In this document: piece after piece, positions 25,395 to 34,161 of the stretch
Position numbering within the stretch: position 1 is the stretch's first letter
Layout: the number at the start of each line of letters is the position of its first letter
From: Patescibacteria group bacterium
GTDB lineage: Bacteria; Patescibacteriota; Microgenomatia; UBA12405
Assembly (NCBI GenBank): GCA_013387215.1
Contig: WARW01000002.1
Location: 3,659-67,658, forward strand
Reading direction: 5' to 3'
Length of the DNA stretch: 64,000 bases
The notes under the pieces: generated by a model
Seen by the model: only the letters and a program-made list of their open reading frames with translations
Told to the model about the DNA's origin: nothing
The model's database searches: none
Translations under genes and position numbers: made by a program

Positions 25395-27953
25395 ATGTCA
25401 AAATTTAGTTTATCTTTAGGTAAAAAGTTAGTATATAAATTGTATAAAAAGAGAGATGGATTGGTCCAAATCCCTTTAATAATTGGATTAGTGGTAATGG
25501 CTGTGGCTTTGCCGTTAGTAACAAAATTGACTCAACAGAACACTGAAAATAGAAGTAAAGCGTATGATGGATGTTCCGGTGCACCGCAACAAGCTTGTCA
25601 GTATATGAGTAACTGCACATGGAATGGAAGTAGTTGCACTTCCATAAAAACTTGTGCTTCTTGCAATGGAAATACGAGGTGTAGTGGAGATGTGGTTACT
25701 GTTTGTAATTGTGATGGTAATTGGGTTGGTAATACTCCCTGTGCCAGCGGTACTCATTGTGATAGTTCAGGTACTCATTGTGTAGCCTCAGCTCCAGCAG
25801 CAACTGCAACCCCAAGGCCTAGTGATTGCCGTACTTCAGGATGTCCATCAGGACAGACTTGTACAAGTGATGTCGGAATTTGGGACTGTGTTCCTAATCC
25901 AACTGCAACACCAAGACCTGCAAGCACTGGTGATTGTAGGACAAGCGGTTGTGCTAGGGGAACATGTACAAATATAAATTATATGGCTGGCCGAGAAGGA
26001 TCTCCGGCTGTTTATGTTTGCGTTACACCAACTCCCGTTCCTCCAACAGCAACTCCAAGACCTTATAATTGTCCTTCTAGGTGTAGTAGCAATAAAGGTT
26101 GTGCTACTGTAACTTATCAAAGTACTGATTCTGCCTGTAATAACGTTATTAGTGGAACACAAAACTACACTCCAAATTGTTCCTGCGGTCCTGTCTCTGG
26201 TGGTGATAATTCTATTTGTCAGCAAACCGGTTGTAAAAAACCAAATGGTGAGTCGTGTTCAACAGGTTCTGATTGTGCAAGTGCCATATGTTTTTCTGGT
26301 AAGTGTTCAGCTGCTGATTGTAGCGGTGGTTATGGAAACAAGCCTAATTCTTGCTCTTGTACTTATAGTTTCGAATGTGATTCAGGTAATTGTGTTAGCG
26401 GAAAATGTGTTGCTTCTGGTTCTTCAAATCCAACTTCAATACCAACTCAAGCTACCCAACACTATACGGTTTATAAAAATGGTTCTTGCCAGACTTCAGC
26501 TAATGCATATGTCAGTTTGACAGCATGTAATAATGATCCGCCAGTAAATAATTGTTACTCAAGCATGGCGGCTTGTAATAGTGCACATCCAGCAACTCCA
26601 ACCCAACACTATACGGTTTATAAAAATGGTTCATGCCAAACTTCTATAAATGAATACACAAGTTTGACAGCATGTAATAATGATCCGCCAGTAAATAATT
26701 GTTACTCAAGCATGGCGGCTTGTAATAGTGCACATCCAGTTGCTTCAGTACCAACATATACATGTGAAACAAACGGCGATCATTGTTATACCACCCAAGT
26801 TAATGGAAGCATTCCAACTTCCTGTTTAACCTACACTAATACATATAAACAATTGTATGGAAGCGGTTCTGGTACTTGTGCTAGTGGACTTTGCTGTAAG
26901 ACACCTGTTGCTTGTACATGTTCAAGCGGCTACTCAACTTCAGTAACTAGCTGTCCATCAGGATCCACTTTAGATACGACAAATTCTCTAAGTTGTGGAT
27001 CTGGAGTTAAATGCGGTAAGTGTATCACTGCAACTTCTACTACTGATCCTGAATGTGTTGGTCATGCTAACAGCACAGGATTTTGTTCAGGAACAACTTA
27101 TTTAAGATGCGAAGCAGGAAAAGTAGCTTACACTTTGGCTAATGCTGCAGCTTGTCCAGTAACTCCAACTGATGCTTGTAATAATTATGGAAGCAGTATT
27201 CCAACTTGTATGAGCCAGTCCAATTGTACTTGGAATGGAACTGCCTGTGTAACTAAGCCAGTGTGCGACAAACTATGCGGCAGCAATAAATATGGCGACA
27301 TTGTTTGTAGTGGAAATGCAGTTAAGATTTGTCAATGTGATGGAACTTGGAGCAGCACAGTTCCATGTGCCAGCGGATTAGTTTGTGACAGTACGGCAAC
27401 TAAATGTGTAGCTCCGGCAACTGCTGACCCTGGTATCACTTTTTCTAATTTTAATGTAGTGGCTAATAGTTCAACATCCGTGAGAGTGACTGGCAGTATG
27501 ACAGCAACAAATGGCGGATTATTACAAATGTATTGGTTTAAAGTAGACGGTAATGACATTCAAAAGTTAACTTTGCAAAACCCTGATGGAAATGGCGGTT
27601 TTGTGGGAAGAACTTCATATGATTTCACCAATATTTCCGTAAATAATTTAAGTACTGGAAATCATAATGTTGCAGTTTGTGGAACTGTAAAATCTACTGA
27701 TGGCAGTAAGGAAGTGAATGCTTGTACTGATGTAAAAGCTGTAAGTTTAGTAAATCCTCCAACTGCAGCACCAGGAAGATGCGATGTTTGTTCAACATTT
27801 GCTACATCAAGAAATAATGGAGATTTTGATTGTAATGGAACTTCGAACTTAACAGACTTCTCAGTATGGAAAGATCTGTATTTTAATTGTTCAGGAGTAG
27901 TTTCAACTAATGATTTTTCCATATGGAAGGAAAAATATCTTATTAATAAATAA
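25395..27953 (+). CDS. Large Cys/Ser/Thr-rich surface protein with pilin-like N-terminal helix and C-terminal dockerin-like motif
   Basis: KKRDG-LVQIPLIIGLVVMAVALP N-terminus, many Cys-rich modules, PTATP linkers, C-terminal GDFDCNGTSNLTDFSVWK. Confidence 0.8.
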   Translation: MSKFSLSLGKKLVYKLYKKRDGLVQIPLIIGLVVMAVALPLVTKLTQQNTENRSKAYDGCSGAPQQACQYMSNCTWNGSSCTSIKTCASCNGNTRCSGDVVTVCNCDGNWVGNTPCASGTHCDSSGTHCVASAPAATATPRPSDCRTSGCPSGQTCTSDVGIWDCVPNPTATPRPASTGDCRTSGCARGTCTNINYMAGREGSPAVYVCVTPTPVPPTATPRPYNCPSRCSSNKGCATVTYQSTDSACNNVISGTQNYTPNCSCGPVSGGDNSICQQTGCKKPNGESCSTGSDCASAICFSGKCSAADCSGGYGNKPNSCSCTYSFECDSGNCVSGKCVASGSSNPTSIPTQATQHYTVYKNGSCQTSANAYVSLTACNNDPPVNNCYSSMAACNSAHPATPTQHYTVYKNGSCQTSINEYTSLTACNNDPPVNNCYSSMAACNSAHPVASVPTYTCETNGDHCYTTQVNGSIPTSCLTYTNTYKQLYGSGSGTCASGLCCKTPVACTCSSGYSTSVTSCPSGSTLDTTNSLSCGSGVKCGKCITATSTTDPECVGHANSTGFCSGTTYLRCEAGKVAYTLANAAACPVTPTDACNNYGSSIPTCMSQSNCTWNGTACVTKPVCDKLCGSNKYGDIVCSGNAVKICQCDGTWSSTVPCASGLVCDSTATKCVAPATADPGITFSNFNVVANSSTSVRVTGSMTATNGGLLQMYWFKVDGNDIQKLTLQNPDGNGGFVGRTSYDFTNISVNNLSTGNHNVAVCGTVKSTDGSKEVNACTDVKAVSLVNPPTAAPGRCDVCSTFATSRNNGDFDCNGTSNLTDFSVWKDLYFNCSGVVSTNDFSIWKEKYLINK
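26454..26739 (+). repeat. Tandem intragenic repeat, 147-bp period (two copies of a 49-aa Cys module)
   Basis: TQHYTVYKNGSCQTS...CNNDPPVNNCYSSMAACNSAHP occurs twice with near-identical DNA. Confidence 0.9.
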
Positions 27954-27975
27954 TTAAATGTTCAACAGCAATAAC

Positions 27976-29166
27976 ATGAAAAAAATAAATTACACCGCCG
28001 TATTCTGGGTACTGACAAGTATGGCACTAATAGGTGGTTTAGCATTGGCAAGCCAGAGCCAAGATACGAGAAGGGGAGCGGCATTTTCAGCAGGCAGGTT
28101 AATGCTTTTACCAAACGATAAAATCAGCTTTACTGTTGGTCAATCCCAAAACGTTCAATTATGGGTAAATTCAGGGAATGCATCGGCTAATGTTGATGCT
28201 ATTAGAACCAATATCTGTTTTAATAAGAACTTTCTTAATTTAAATGATCCGGTTGTGGAAAATAATATTAAACAAGATCCAGCTTTTGATACTGTGATCG
28301 CAACTTTAAAAGATGGAAACACTCAATGTTTAGATTTATCAATATTATCAGTATCTAAGAAAGCATCAAAAAATGGATTATTTAAGATTGCTGATATCAC
28401 TTTTAAGGGTGTAGGAACAGGATCTGGTCCAATTGATATTATTAAAGATAAAACTGAAATTTCAGGTGACAATGCCGGTAGTTTAGATAAAACAATTAGT
28501 ATTGATTCAGTTACCGGAACTACTTTTGAAGTTACTCCTCAAACTTCAGTAGCAGTACCAACTACACCGCCACCAGCCGGAACACCACTTTTAAGTTTTA
28601 GATTTGCTTATGCGGGCGTGAAGGCAAATGCAGAGTGTTCTATTGGAGCAAAATGGCCAGTAAAGATTATGGTTAGGGGAAATGGAAAAATTTCAAAAGC
28701 TTATACTGCAATTCCAACTTTGGATGGAACAAATTCTCGAGGAGAGGCTGTTTATAAAGTTACAAATTTGGCTTTAACTGATTTCGATCAAAAAAGTGGT
28801 TTGGCTGTTTTTTTGAAAGGACCAGAACACGCTCAGATGAAATATGGAGTTAATGCACAGGCTAGTAACTACACAAAAGCAGATGGAGAAATAACTATTA
28901 CCGCTGATGCATCTACAACTCCAATTTTGGATTTTACTAATTATCCAATAATGCCAGGTGATGTTCGAGGTTCAGCAAGCGGTGGCCAAGATGGAATAAT
29001 AAATGTAGTCGATTTTAGTTATATTAAACAAGCAGTGTCGGCCAGATCTACTGTTCCAGCTGGTGGTGGTTTGGATGCTGACTTAAACGGAGATTGTATG
29101 GCAAATACCGGCGATGTTCAGTTATTTAAAAATTCCCTTATTGAGAAGCAGGATCAATTGTATTAA
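27976..29166 (+). CDS. Secreted protein with cohesin-like N-domain and C-terminal dockerin/EF-hand motifs
   Basis: Signal/TM, beta-rich domain, QDGIINVVDFS and DLNGDCMANTGD. Confidence 0.7.
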   Translation: MKKINYTAVFWVLTSMALIGGLALASQSQDTRRGAAFSAGRLMLLPNDKISFTVGQSQNVQLWVNSGNASANVDAIRTNICFNKNFLNLNDPVVENNIKQDPAFDTVIATLKDGNTQCLDLSILSVSKKASKNGLFKIADITFKGVGTGSGPIDIIKDKTEISGDNAGSLDKTISIDSVTGTTFEVTPQTSVAVPTTPPPAGTPLLSFRFAYAGVKANAECSIGAKWPVKIMVRGNGKISKAYTAIPTLDGTNSRGEAVYKVTNLALTDFDQKSGLAVFLKGPEHAQMKYGVNAQASNYTKADGEITITADASTTPILDFTNYPIMPGDVRGSASGGQDGIINVVDFSYIKQAVSARSTVPAGGGLDADLNGDCMANTGDVQLFKNSLIEKQDQLY

Positions 29167-29184
29167 AAATTTTATAAGGCAATT

Positions 29185-29811
29185 ATGAAAGACAATGAAA
29201 TTTTAAAATTATTTATCCCGCTTGTTGCAGTAGTGGTAATTTTTGAAAGTGTTTTGTTAGTTTCTAAATTAACCAATAAAACTCCAAGCGTGCCGAGAAC
29301 TGTAAATAATGTAAGTGTAAATGAGGCTGGAAGTTCGGCCCAAGTTTCTGAAAATAAACCTGTGGCTCTAGATTTACTTTTCGGAACAAAAACTAAGGAA
29401 ATGAAAGTTGGTCAAAGTTATGCAGTTGAAGTGGATATGCTTGGAAAAGATAATTATTCTTTTGATGGTGCAGATTTGTATGTTAAATACGATCCAAGTG
29501 CTTTTAATGTTAGTAATTTAAGTTTTGATAGCAAAATACCAAAACCAACATTTAGTAAAGTTAGCCAACAGAAGGGAATGGTAGTTGCTAATTATTTATT
29601 CCCATCTCAAAATGGTTACAGAATTGCGAAAAATGAATTTGCTTCAGTAATGAAATTTGACGTAACTCCCAAGAAGCTTGGAAATTTCGATTTTGAAATT
29701 ACTACTGGTAATCAAGACAAAGAATCTGCTACCATGTTTATAGAAAGTGTTACGAGTCAGGCTCTACCTTTCTCCAGTAATAAATTAAATGTTAATGTTT
29801 TGAATAAATGA
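29185..29811 (+). CDS. Membrane-anchored cohesin-like domain protein
   Basis: N-terminal TM; VGQSYAVEV...DGADLYVKYDP pattern. Confidence 0.7.
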   Translation: MKDNEILKLFIPLVAVVVIFESVLLVSKLTNKTPSVPRTVNNVSVNEAGSSAQVSENKPVALDLLFGTKTKEMKVGQSYAVEVDMLGKDNYSFDGADLYVKYDPSAFNVSNLSFDSKIPKPTFSKVSQQKGMVVANYLFPSQNGYRIAKNEFASVMKFDVTPKKLGNFDFEITTGNQDKESATMFIESVTSQALPFSSNKLNVNVLNK

Positions 29812-30509
29812 GAAAGTCAAGTCTTTTTATAAGCATATTTTTTCTTGGAGCATTTTTAGTATTAGCTAAAGGCAGTAAAGCTACTTTTGCTGCTCCACAC
29901 TTAACATTAACTCCTAGTACTGGAACTTATAATGTCAATGATACTTTTACAGCAACTGTTGGAGTCGATTCAGATACTGAAGGTTCTAATGCTGTTGATG
30001 TGTGGGCAACTTTTGATGCAACAAAATTAGATGTCGTTTCAATAGTTAAAGCTGCTGTGCCAGCATTTAATTTTGATATGACTCCTCATTTTGACAATAC
30101 TACGGGTAAATTTGATTTTTCATGTTCTCCAAGCGATATGAGCAATTTGAGCATTAAACCAATAAAAGGGGATTTGGCTGTAATTACTTTTAAAGCCAAA
30201 GTGGCTGGAAATGCTCCTGTGAATTTTACTTGTCAACAAGGAGTAACAATTGATTCAAATATTTTTAATGCTACTGCTTCTGATGTAATTAGCTGTCCCG
30301 CAAACCAAAGCGGATCTTTCACGATTGGTGCTGCAACAACTACAACTGGAACAACAAATGCTCCTGCAGCAACAACAACAACAACAATTGCGGCCACAAC
30401 TGCTACATCATCTGAGTTGCCAAAAACTGGTAGTCTTAGTACTACAATTGGTTTAGCTACTTTCGGATTGGTGAGTGTTCTAGGCGCATTTCTTCTGAGA
30501 TTTCTATGA
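29808..30509 (+). CDS. Cohesin-like protein with Thr-rich linker, LPKTG motif and C-terminal TM
   Basis: Signal peptide, VNDTFTATV...FDATKL...ITFKAK, ELPKTG plus hydrophobic tail. Confidence 0.75.
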   Translation: MRKSSLFISIFFLGAFLVLAKGSKATFAAPHLTLTPSTGTYNVNDTFTATVGVDSDTEGSNAVDVWATFDATKLDVVSIVKAAVPAFNFDMTPHFDNTTGKFDFSCSPSDMSNLSIKPIKGDLAVITFKAKVAGNAPVNFTCQQGVTIDSNIFNATASDVISCPANQSGSFTIGAATTTTGTTNAPAATTTTTIAATTATSSELPKTGSLSTTIGLATFGLVSVLGAFLLRFL

Positions 30510-31273
30510 AAGGTAAGATTAATCTAAAAACTATTATTGTTTTTGTAATATTGATTTTAGTGGTGATTTTAAGTGTTTTGGGGGTGAAAACTGTTAGAAC
30601 ATATATGAGTGGAGCAACAGCAGGAATAGAGCCAAAAAATATTCAAGAAGTTTTAAGCGACGATGGAAAGAGTGCTACTATTACTTGGGTTTCTGACAAA
30701 GAGTCGATGGGTACTGTTTATTATGGAACCAATGCTGCCAGTATTCTTGTAACGTCAATTGAAAGTACTCAAACTACTAATCATGCTGTGGTTCTAAATA
30801 ATTTAAGAGCCAATACTAAGTATTATTTTAAATTAAAAATTGAAGAGTCTGATTTTGATAATAATGGTATGCCGTTTAGTTTTACTACAAAAGGTTCGAG
30901 TGATGCTAATACGGATACACCAGAAAGGATGCCTAGTCGAGTTATGAATAATCCATCTCCAGAAGTGTCTTCACCATCAGGTATGGTCTTATCTCCAACA
31001 ATTGCCTTGTCTCCTGTTTCTACAACTTCAAGCACAACATCCCCATCATCAGGTGCAGCTTCATGCAATAAATCAACTGACTATAATAATGATGGAGTTA
31101 CAAATACTATGGATTATTTATATTGTATGAAAAATGGAAGTGGCGGCAGTACAACTACAGCGGCTCCGACTGGCGCAAGTGTGGGTGTTTGCAAACACGA
31201 TGTAGATTATAATAATGATGGAATCGTAAATACTTTAGATTATATTAAGTGTTTACAAAGCAACAAAAAATAA
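30506..31273 (+). CDS. FN3-like domain protein with two dockerin/EF-hand-like repeats
   Basis: ATITWVSD...V.YG...H.V.L..L...T.YYF; DYNNDGVTNTMDY and DYNNDGIVNTLDY. Confidence 0.75.
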   Translation: MKGKINLKTIIVFVILILVVILSVLGVKTVRTYMSGATAGIEPKNIQEVLSDDGKSATITWVSDKESMGTVYYGTNAASILVTSIESTQTTNHAVVLNNLRANTKYYFKLKIEESDFDNNGMPFSFTTKGSSDANTDTPERMPSRVMNNPSPEVSSPSGMVLSPTIALSPVSTTSSTTSPSSGAASCNKSTDYNNDGVTNTMDYLYCMKNGSGGSTTTAAPTGASVGVCKHDVDYNNDGIVNTLDYIKCLQSNKK

Positions 31274-31310
31274 GGTAAAATACTGACGTTTGTTAAAAGG
31301 AGGTGAATTG

Positions 31311-31529
31311 ATGCCAATTATAGTAAAAAAGAAAAAAGGTGAATCAAAAGATGATATTATTGGAAAATTTAGAAGATTGTGTCTTGAAGAAGATATAACT
31401 GAAGAAGTACGCAAAAGAACTTCTTACACTAAACCTTCAGAAGAACGATATGCTAAAAAGAAGATAATCATTTGGCGTGAAAAATGTCGCCGAAAAGCTA
31501 AAAATTCAAGAAGACATGATTCGAGATAA
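31311..31529 (+). CDS. rpsU: 30S ribosomal protein S21
   Basis: V.K..GES....I.KFRR...Y.KPSE.R; SD AGGAGGTG; precedes yqeY. Confidence 0.85.
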   Translation: MPIIVKKKKGESKDDIIGKFRRLCLEEDITEEVRKRTSYTKPSEERYAKKKIIIWREKCRRKAKNSRRHDSR

Positions 31530-31953
31530 ATTAAAGCTAGACAGTATGACCGCTTTAAAGAATCGTGATAACGCACGGGTGGATGTGTTGCGGTTTTTGA
31601 GATCGTTAATCGATAAAAAAGAACTTCAACTGCCACCCGGTGGCTTGAATGAAGCTGAAGAAATAAATGTCTTGCGAAAAGAATTAAAAAATAAAGAAGA
31701 GTCGAAAGAAATGTTTGCTAAGGCAGGCAGAGAAGATTTGGTTAAACAAATTGACTATGAAATTTCGATTGTAAAAGAATATTTACCCGAAGAATTAACT
31801 GAAGAGAAAATTGCCCAGACAGTTGATGAAGTAATTGCTGAAAAAGGTGCTAATTTTGGATTGGTAATGAAAGAAGTAATGACAAGACTTGCTGGTGGAG
31901 CTTCAGGAGACTTAGTTTCTAAAATTGTCAAAGAAAAAATAAGTAAATTATAA
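31516..31953 (+). CDS. GatB/YqeY domain protein
   Basis: ALKNRD...LR, AGREDL, YLPEEL, FGLVMKEVM. Confidence 0.9.
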   Translation: MIRDKLKLDSMTALKNRDNARVDVLRFLRSLIDKKELQLPPGGLNEAEEINVLRKELKNKEESKEMFAKAGREDLVKQIDYEISIVKEYLPEELTEEKIAQTVDEVIAEKGANFGLVMKEVMTRLAGGASGDLVSKIVKEKISKL

Positions 31954-31965
31954 AGTTTTTGAGTT

Positions 31966-32331
31966 GTGGAAAATATTGTATTAATTAAACATCCAAAAAA
32001 TTGGGGACTTGATGAGAGTTTAGTTTTGAGATTGGCAAAAAAAGCTTTGGAGAGCAAAAATTACAAAAATAATATTGAATTAAGTATATTTTTTGTGGGA
32101 AGAGGTAAAGCTAAAAAATTGAACCAAGATTATCGGCAAAAAGATTATATTCCCCAAGTTTTGGGTTTTCCGATGTCAAAAGAAGTTGATGCAGATGGAA
32201 TGATAAGACTTGGAGATATTGTGATTTGTACGCAAAAATTGAAATATGAAGTGGTGTTTCAAAATAAAACTTTAGAAGAAGTGTTGTATGAATGGTTAGT
32301 GCATGGAGTGGAGAATTTGATGAAAGGTTGA
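31966..32331 (+). CDS. ybeY: YbeY-like protein with degenerate C-terminal metal site
   Basis: LNQDYRQKDY, VLGFP, LGDIVIC, VHG; the remaining His ligands are absent. Confidence 0.75.
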   Translation: MENIVLIKHPKNWGLDESLVLRLAKKALESKNYKNNIELSIFFVGRGKAKKLNQDYRQKDYIPQVLGFPMSKEVDADGMIRLGDIVICTQKLKYEVVFQNKTLEEVLYEWLVHGVENLMKG

Positions 32332-32345
32332 GATTAAATTTTTCT

Positions 32346-32405
32346 AGTAATGTTTTTTCTCACGGTGAATGTGTAACCACGTTCAAAGTTCAAAAAAACA
32401 CTACT
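32346..32405. repeat. REP-like intergenic hairpin (copy A)
   Basis: Imperfect palindrome homologous to 38826-38886. Confidence 0.6.
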
Positions 32406-32484
32406 TAAAAAATTATTCACTTAAAAAAAGTTGATATAGTAGAGCTTAGTGTATTTTTGATAGGATTTTTATTAAAATCTATCA

Positions 32485-34032
32485 ATGGCAGTTTTTCACT
32501 TAAAATATAGACCACTAAAAATCGCCGACCTCGATTTACCTGACGTTTCAGAAATACTGACAAAAATTTTATCGAATGAAGATATTCCTCAATCATTTTT
32601 ATTTGCCGGGCCAAAAGGTGCCGGTAAAACATCTGCTGCCCGAATTTTAGCTAGAGCTGTAAATTGTGAAAATAAAAATGGAGTGGAACCTTGTGGAGAA
32701 TGTGCTAATTGTAATGAAATTTTAAGCGGCAGTTCGATGGATATTATTGAAATTGATGCTGCTTCAAATAGAGGTATAGACGATGTTCGAATTCTAAAAG
32801 ACAAAGCTTATTTGCTGCCAAGCAAATTAAAGAAAAAAGTTTTCATAATCGACGAAGTTCACATGTTAACTAAGGATGCATTTAATGCACTTTTGAAACT
32901 AATTGAAGAACCGCCAAAACATACAATTTTTATTTTATGTACCACTGATCCGGAAAAAATTCCTGACACTGTTTTATCGAGATTAATTAAAATAGAATTT
33001 AGAAAAGGTACTAAAAAAGACTTAAATAAATCATTAAAAAAGATAATTGAAGGTGAGGGGATTGAGATTGACAAAGCTACTGTCGATTTAATCGTAGAAA
33101 GAAGCGATGGCAGTTTTAGAAATTTGCAAAGAACTTTCAATGAATTGTATTTGCAATTAGGAAAGAATATTAGTTTGGAAGATACCAATAAATTTTTTTC
33201 GTCTAAAAGCGGCAACTATAATGAAGAGGATTTTGAAACCGATTTGGCAGCCAAGAAAACAAAAATGATTTTAGAAAGACTTGAAGCAATGGCCGATAAA
33301 GGAGTTGATTTTCAAAATTTCAGACAAAAGCTTTTAGCCTATTTTCAGAAAAAATTATTGGGTAGTTTTGGAGTTGGCGAAGAAATAAAAAATTGTAAAT
33401 TGTCGGTTTCGGAAATCGAAAATTTAATTAATCTGCTTATTAAAGCGGCTAAACAAGAAAAAGATGTGGAAATTGATCAATTGCCATTGGAATTGGTAGT
33501 GGTGGAATTTATTGGTGAAAAAGGGAATGGTGGAGGAAATAAAGAAAAAGAGGAACCAGAAAATAAAGACGACAAAGCTTCAAGTGATGCAAAAGAGACA
33601 GAAAAAAAGGCTGAAGAGAAAAATGAAGTTCAAGAAGAAATGATTGTGGTTGAATCAGCCGGGGCGATTTGTGTTCAAGAAATCGAGGAAAAATGGGGGA
33701 ATGTGTTGATGGCGGTTAAGCCTTACAATCATTCAGTCGAAGCTTTTTTAAGAGCAGCTAGACCGAAATCAGTAAACGGAAACACTTTGATAATGGAAGT
33801 TTTTTATCCTTTCCATAAAGATAGATTGGAAGAAGCTAAAAATAGAAAGATTGTGGAAAATGGTTTAACTTCTGTCTTTGGCACTAACCTAGCTTTTGAA
33901 TGTATATTGGGAAAAACAAAAAAAGAACCTTTGGTGATACAAAACGATACCCCGGTGGAAAATATCAGCCAAAATTTAGTTGATGAAAGTAAAAAAGATT
34001 TGTACGATGTTGCTAAAGAGATTTTTGGATAA
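32485..34032 (+). CDS. dnaX: DNA polymerase III subunit gamma/tau
   Basis: KYRP, GPKGAGKTS, EIDAASNRG, IIDEVHML, LIEEPP. Confidence 0.96.
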   Translation: MAVFHLKYRPLKIADLDLPDVSEILTKILSNEDIPQSFLFAGPKGAGKTSAARILARAVNCENKNGVEPCGECANCNEILSGSSMDIIEIDAASNRGIDDVRILKDKAYLLPSKLKKKVFIIDEVHMLTKDAFNALLKLIEEPPKHTIFILCTTDPEKIPDTVLSRLIKIEFRKGTKKDLNKSLKKIIEGEGIEIDKATVDLIVERSDGSFRNLQRTFNELYLQLGKNISLEDTNKFFSSKSGNYNEEDFETDLAAKKTKMILERLEAMADKGVDFQNFRQKLLAYFQKKLLGSFGVGEEIKNCKLSVSEIENLINLLIKAAKQEKDVEIDQLPLELVVVEFIGEKGNGGGNKEKEEPENKDDKASSDAKETEKKAEEKNEVQEEMIVVESAGAICVQEIEEKWGNVLMAVKPYNHSVEAFLRAARPKSVNGNTLIMEVFYPFHKDRLEEAKNRKIVENGLTSVFGTNLAFECILGKTKKEPLVIQNDTPVENISQNLVDESKKDLYDVAKEIFG

Positions 34033-34041
34033 CACTCAATA

Positions 34042-34123
34042 TTAATGCTGCATGAAATTTTTGGTACTCACGCCCTCGCTTTGCTCGGATGATTGCGTGC
34101 CAAAAATTTATGCATCGCATTAA
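34042..34123. repeat. Long REP-like intergenic hairpin
   Basis: TTAATGC-TGCATGAAATTTTTGGTAC...GTGCCAAAAATTTATGCA-TCGCATTAA with inner CTCGC..GCTCG. Confidence 0.6.
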
Positions 34124-34161
34124 CTGCTTCGGTATAAATGTATTTTATATTACAATAAGTA

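Noticed and set aside
26454-26739. Near-identical repeats as a DGR template/variable pair
   Set aside because: They are in-frame tandem copies within one gene, differences are not restricted to adenines, and there is no reverse transcriptase in the window.
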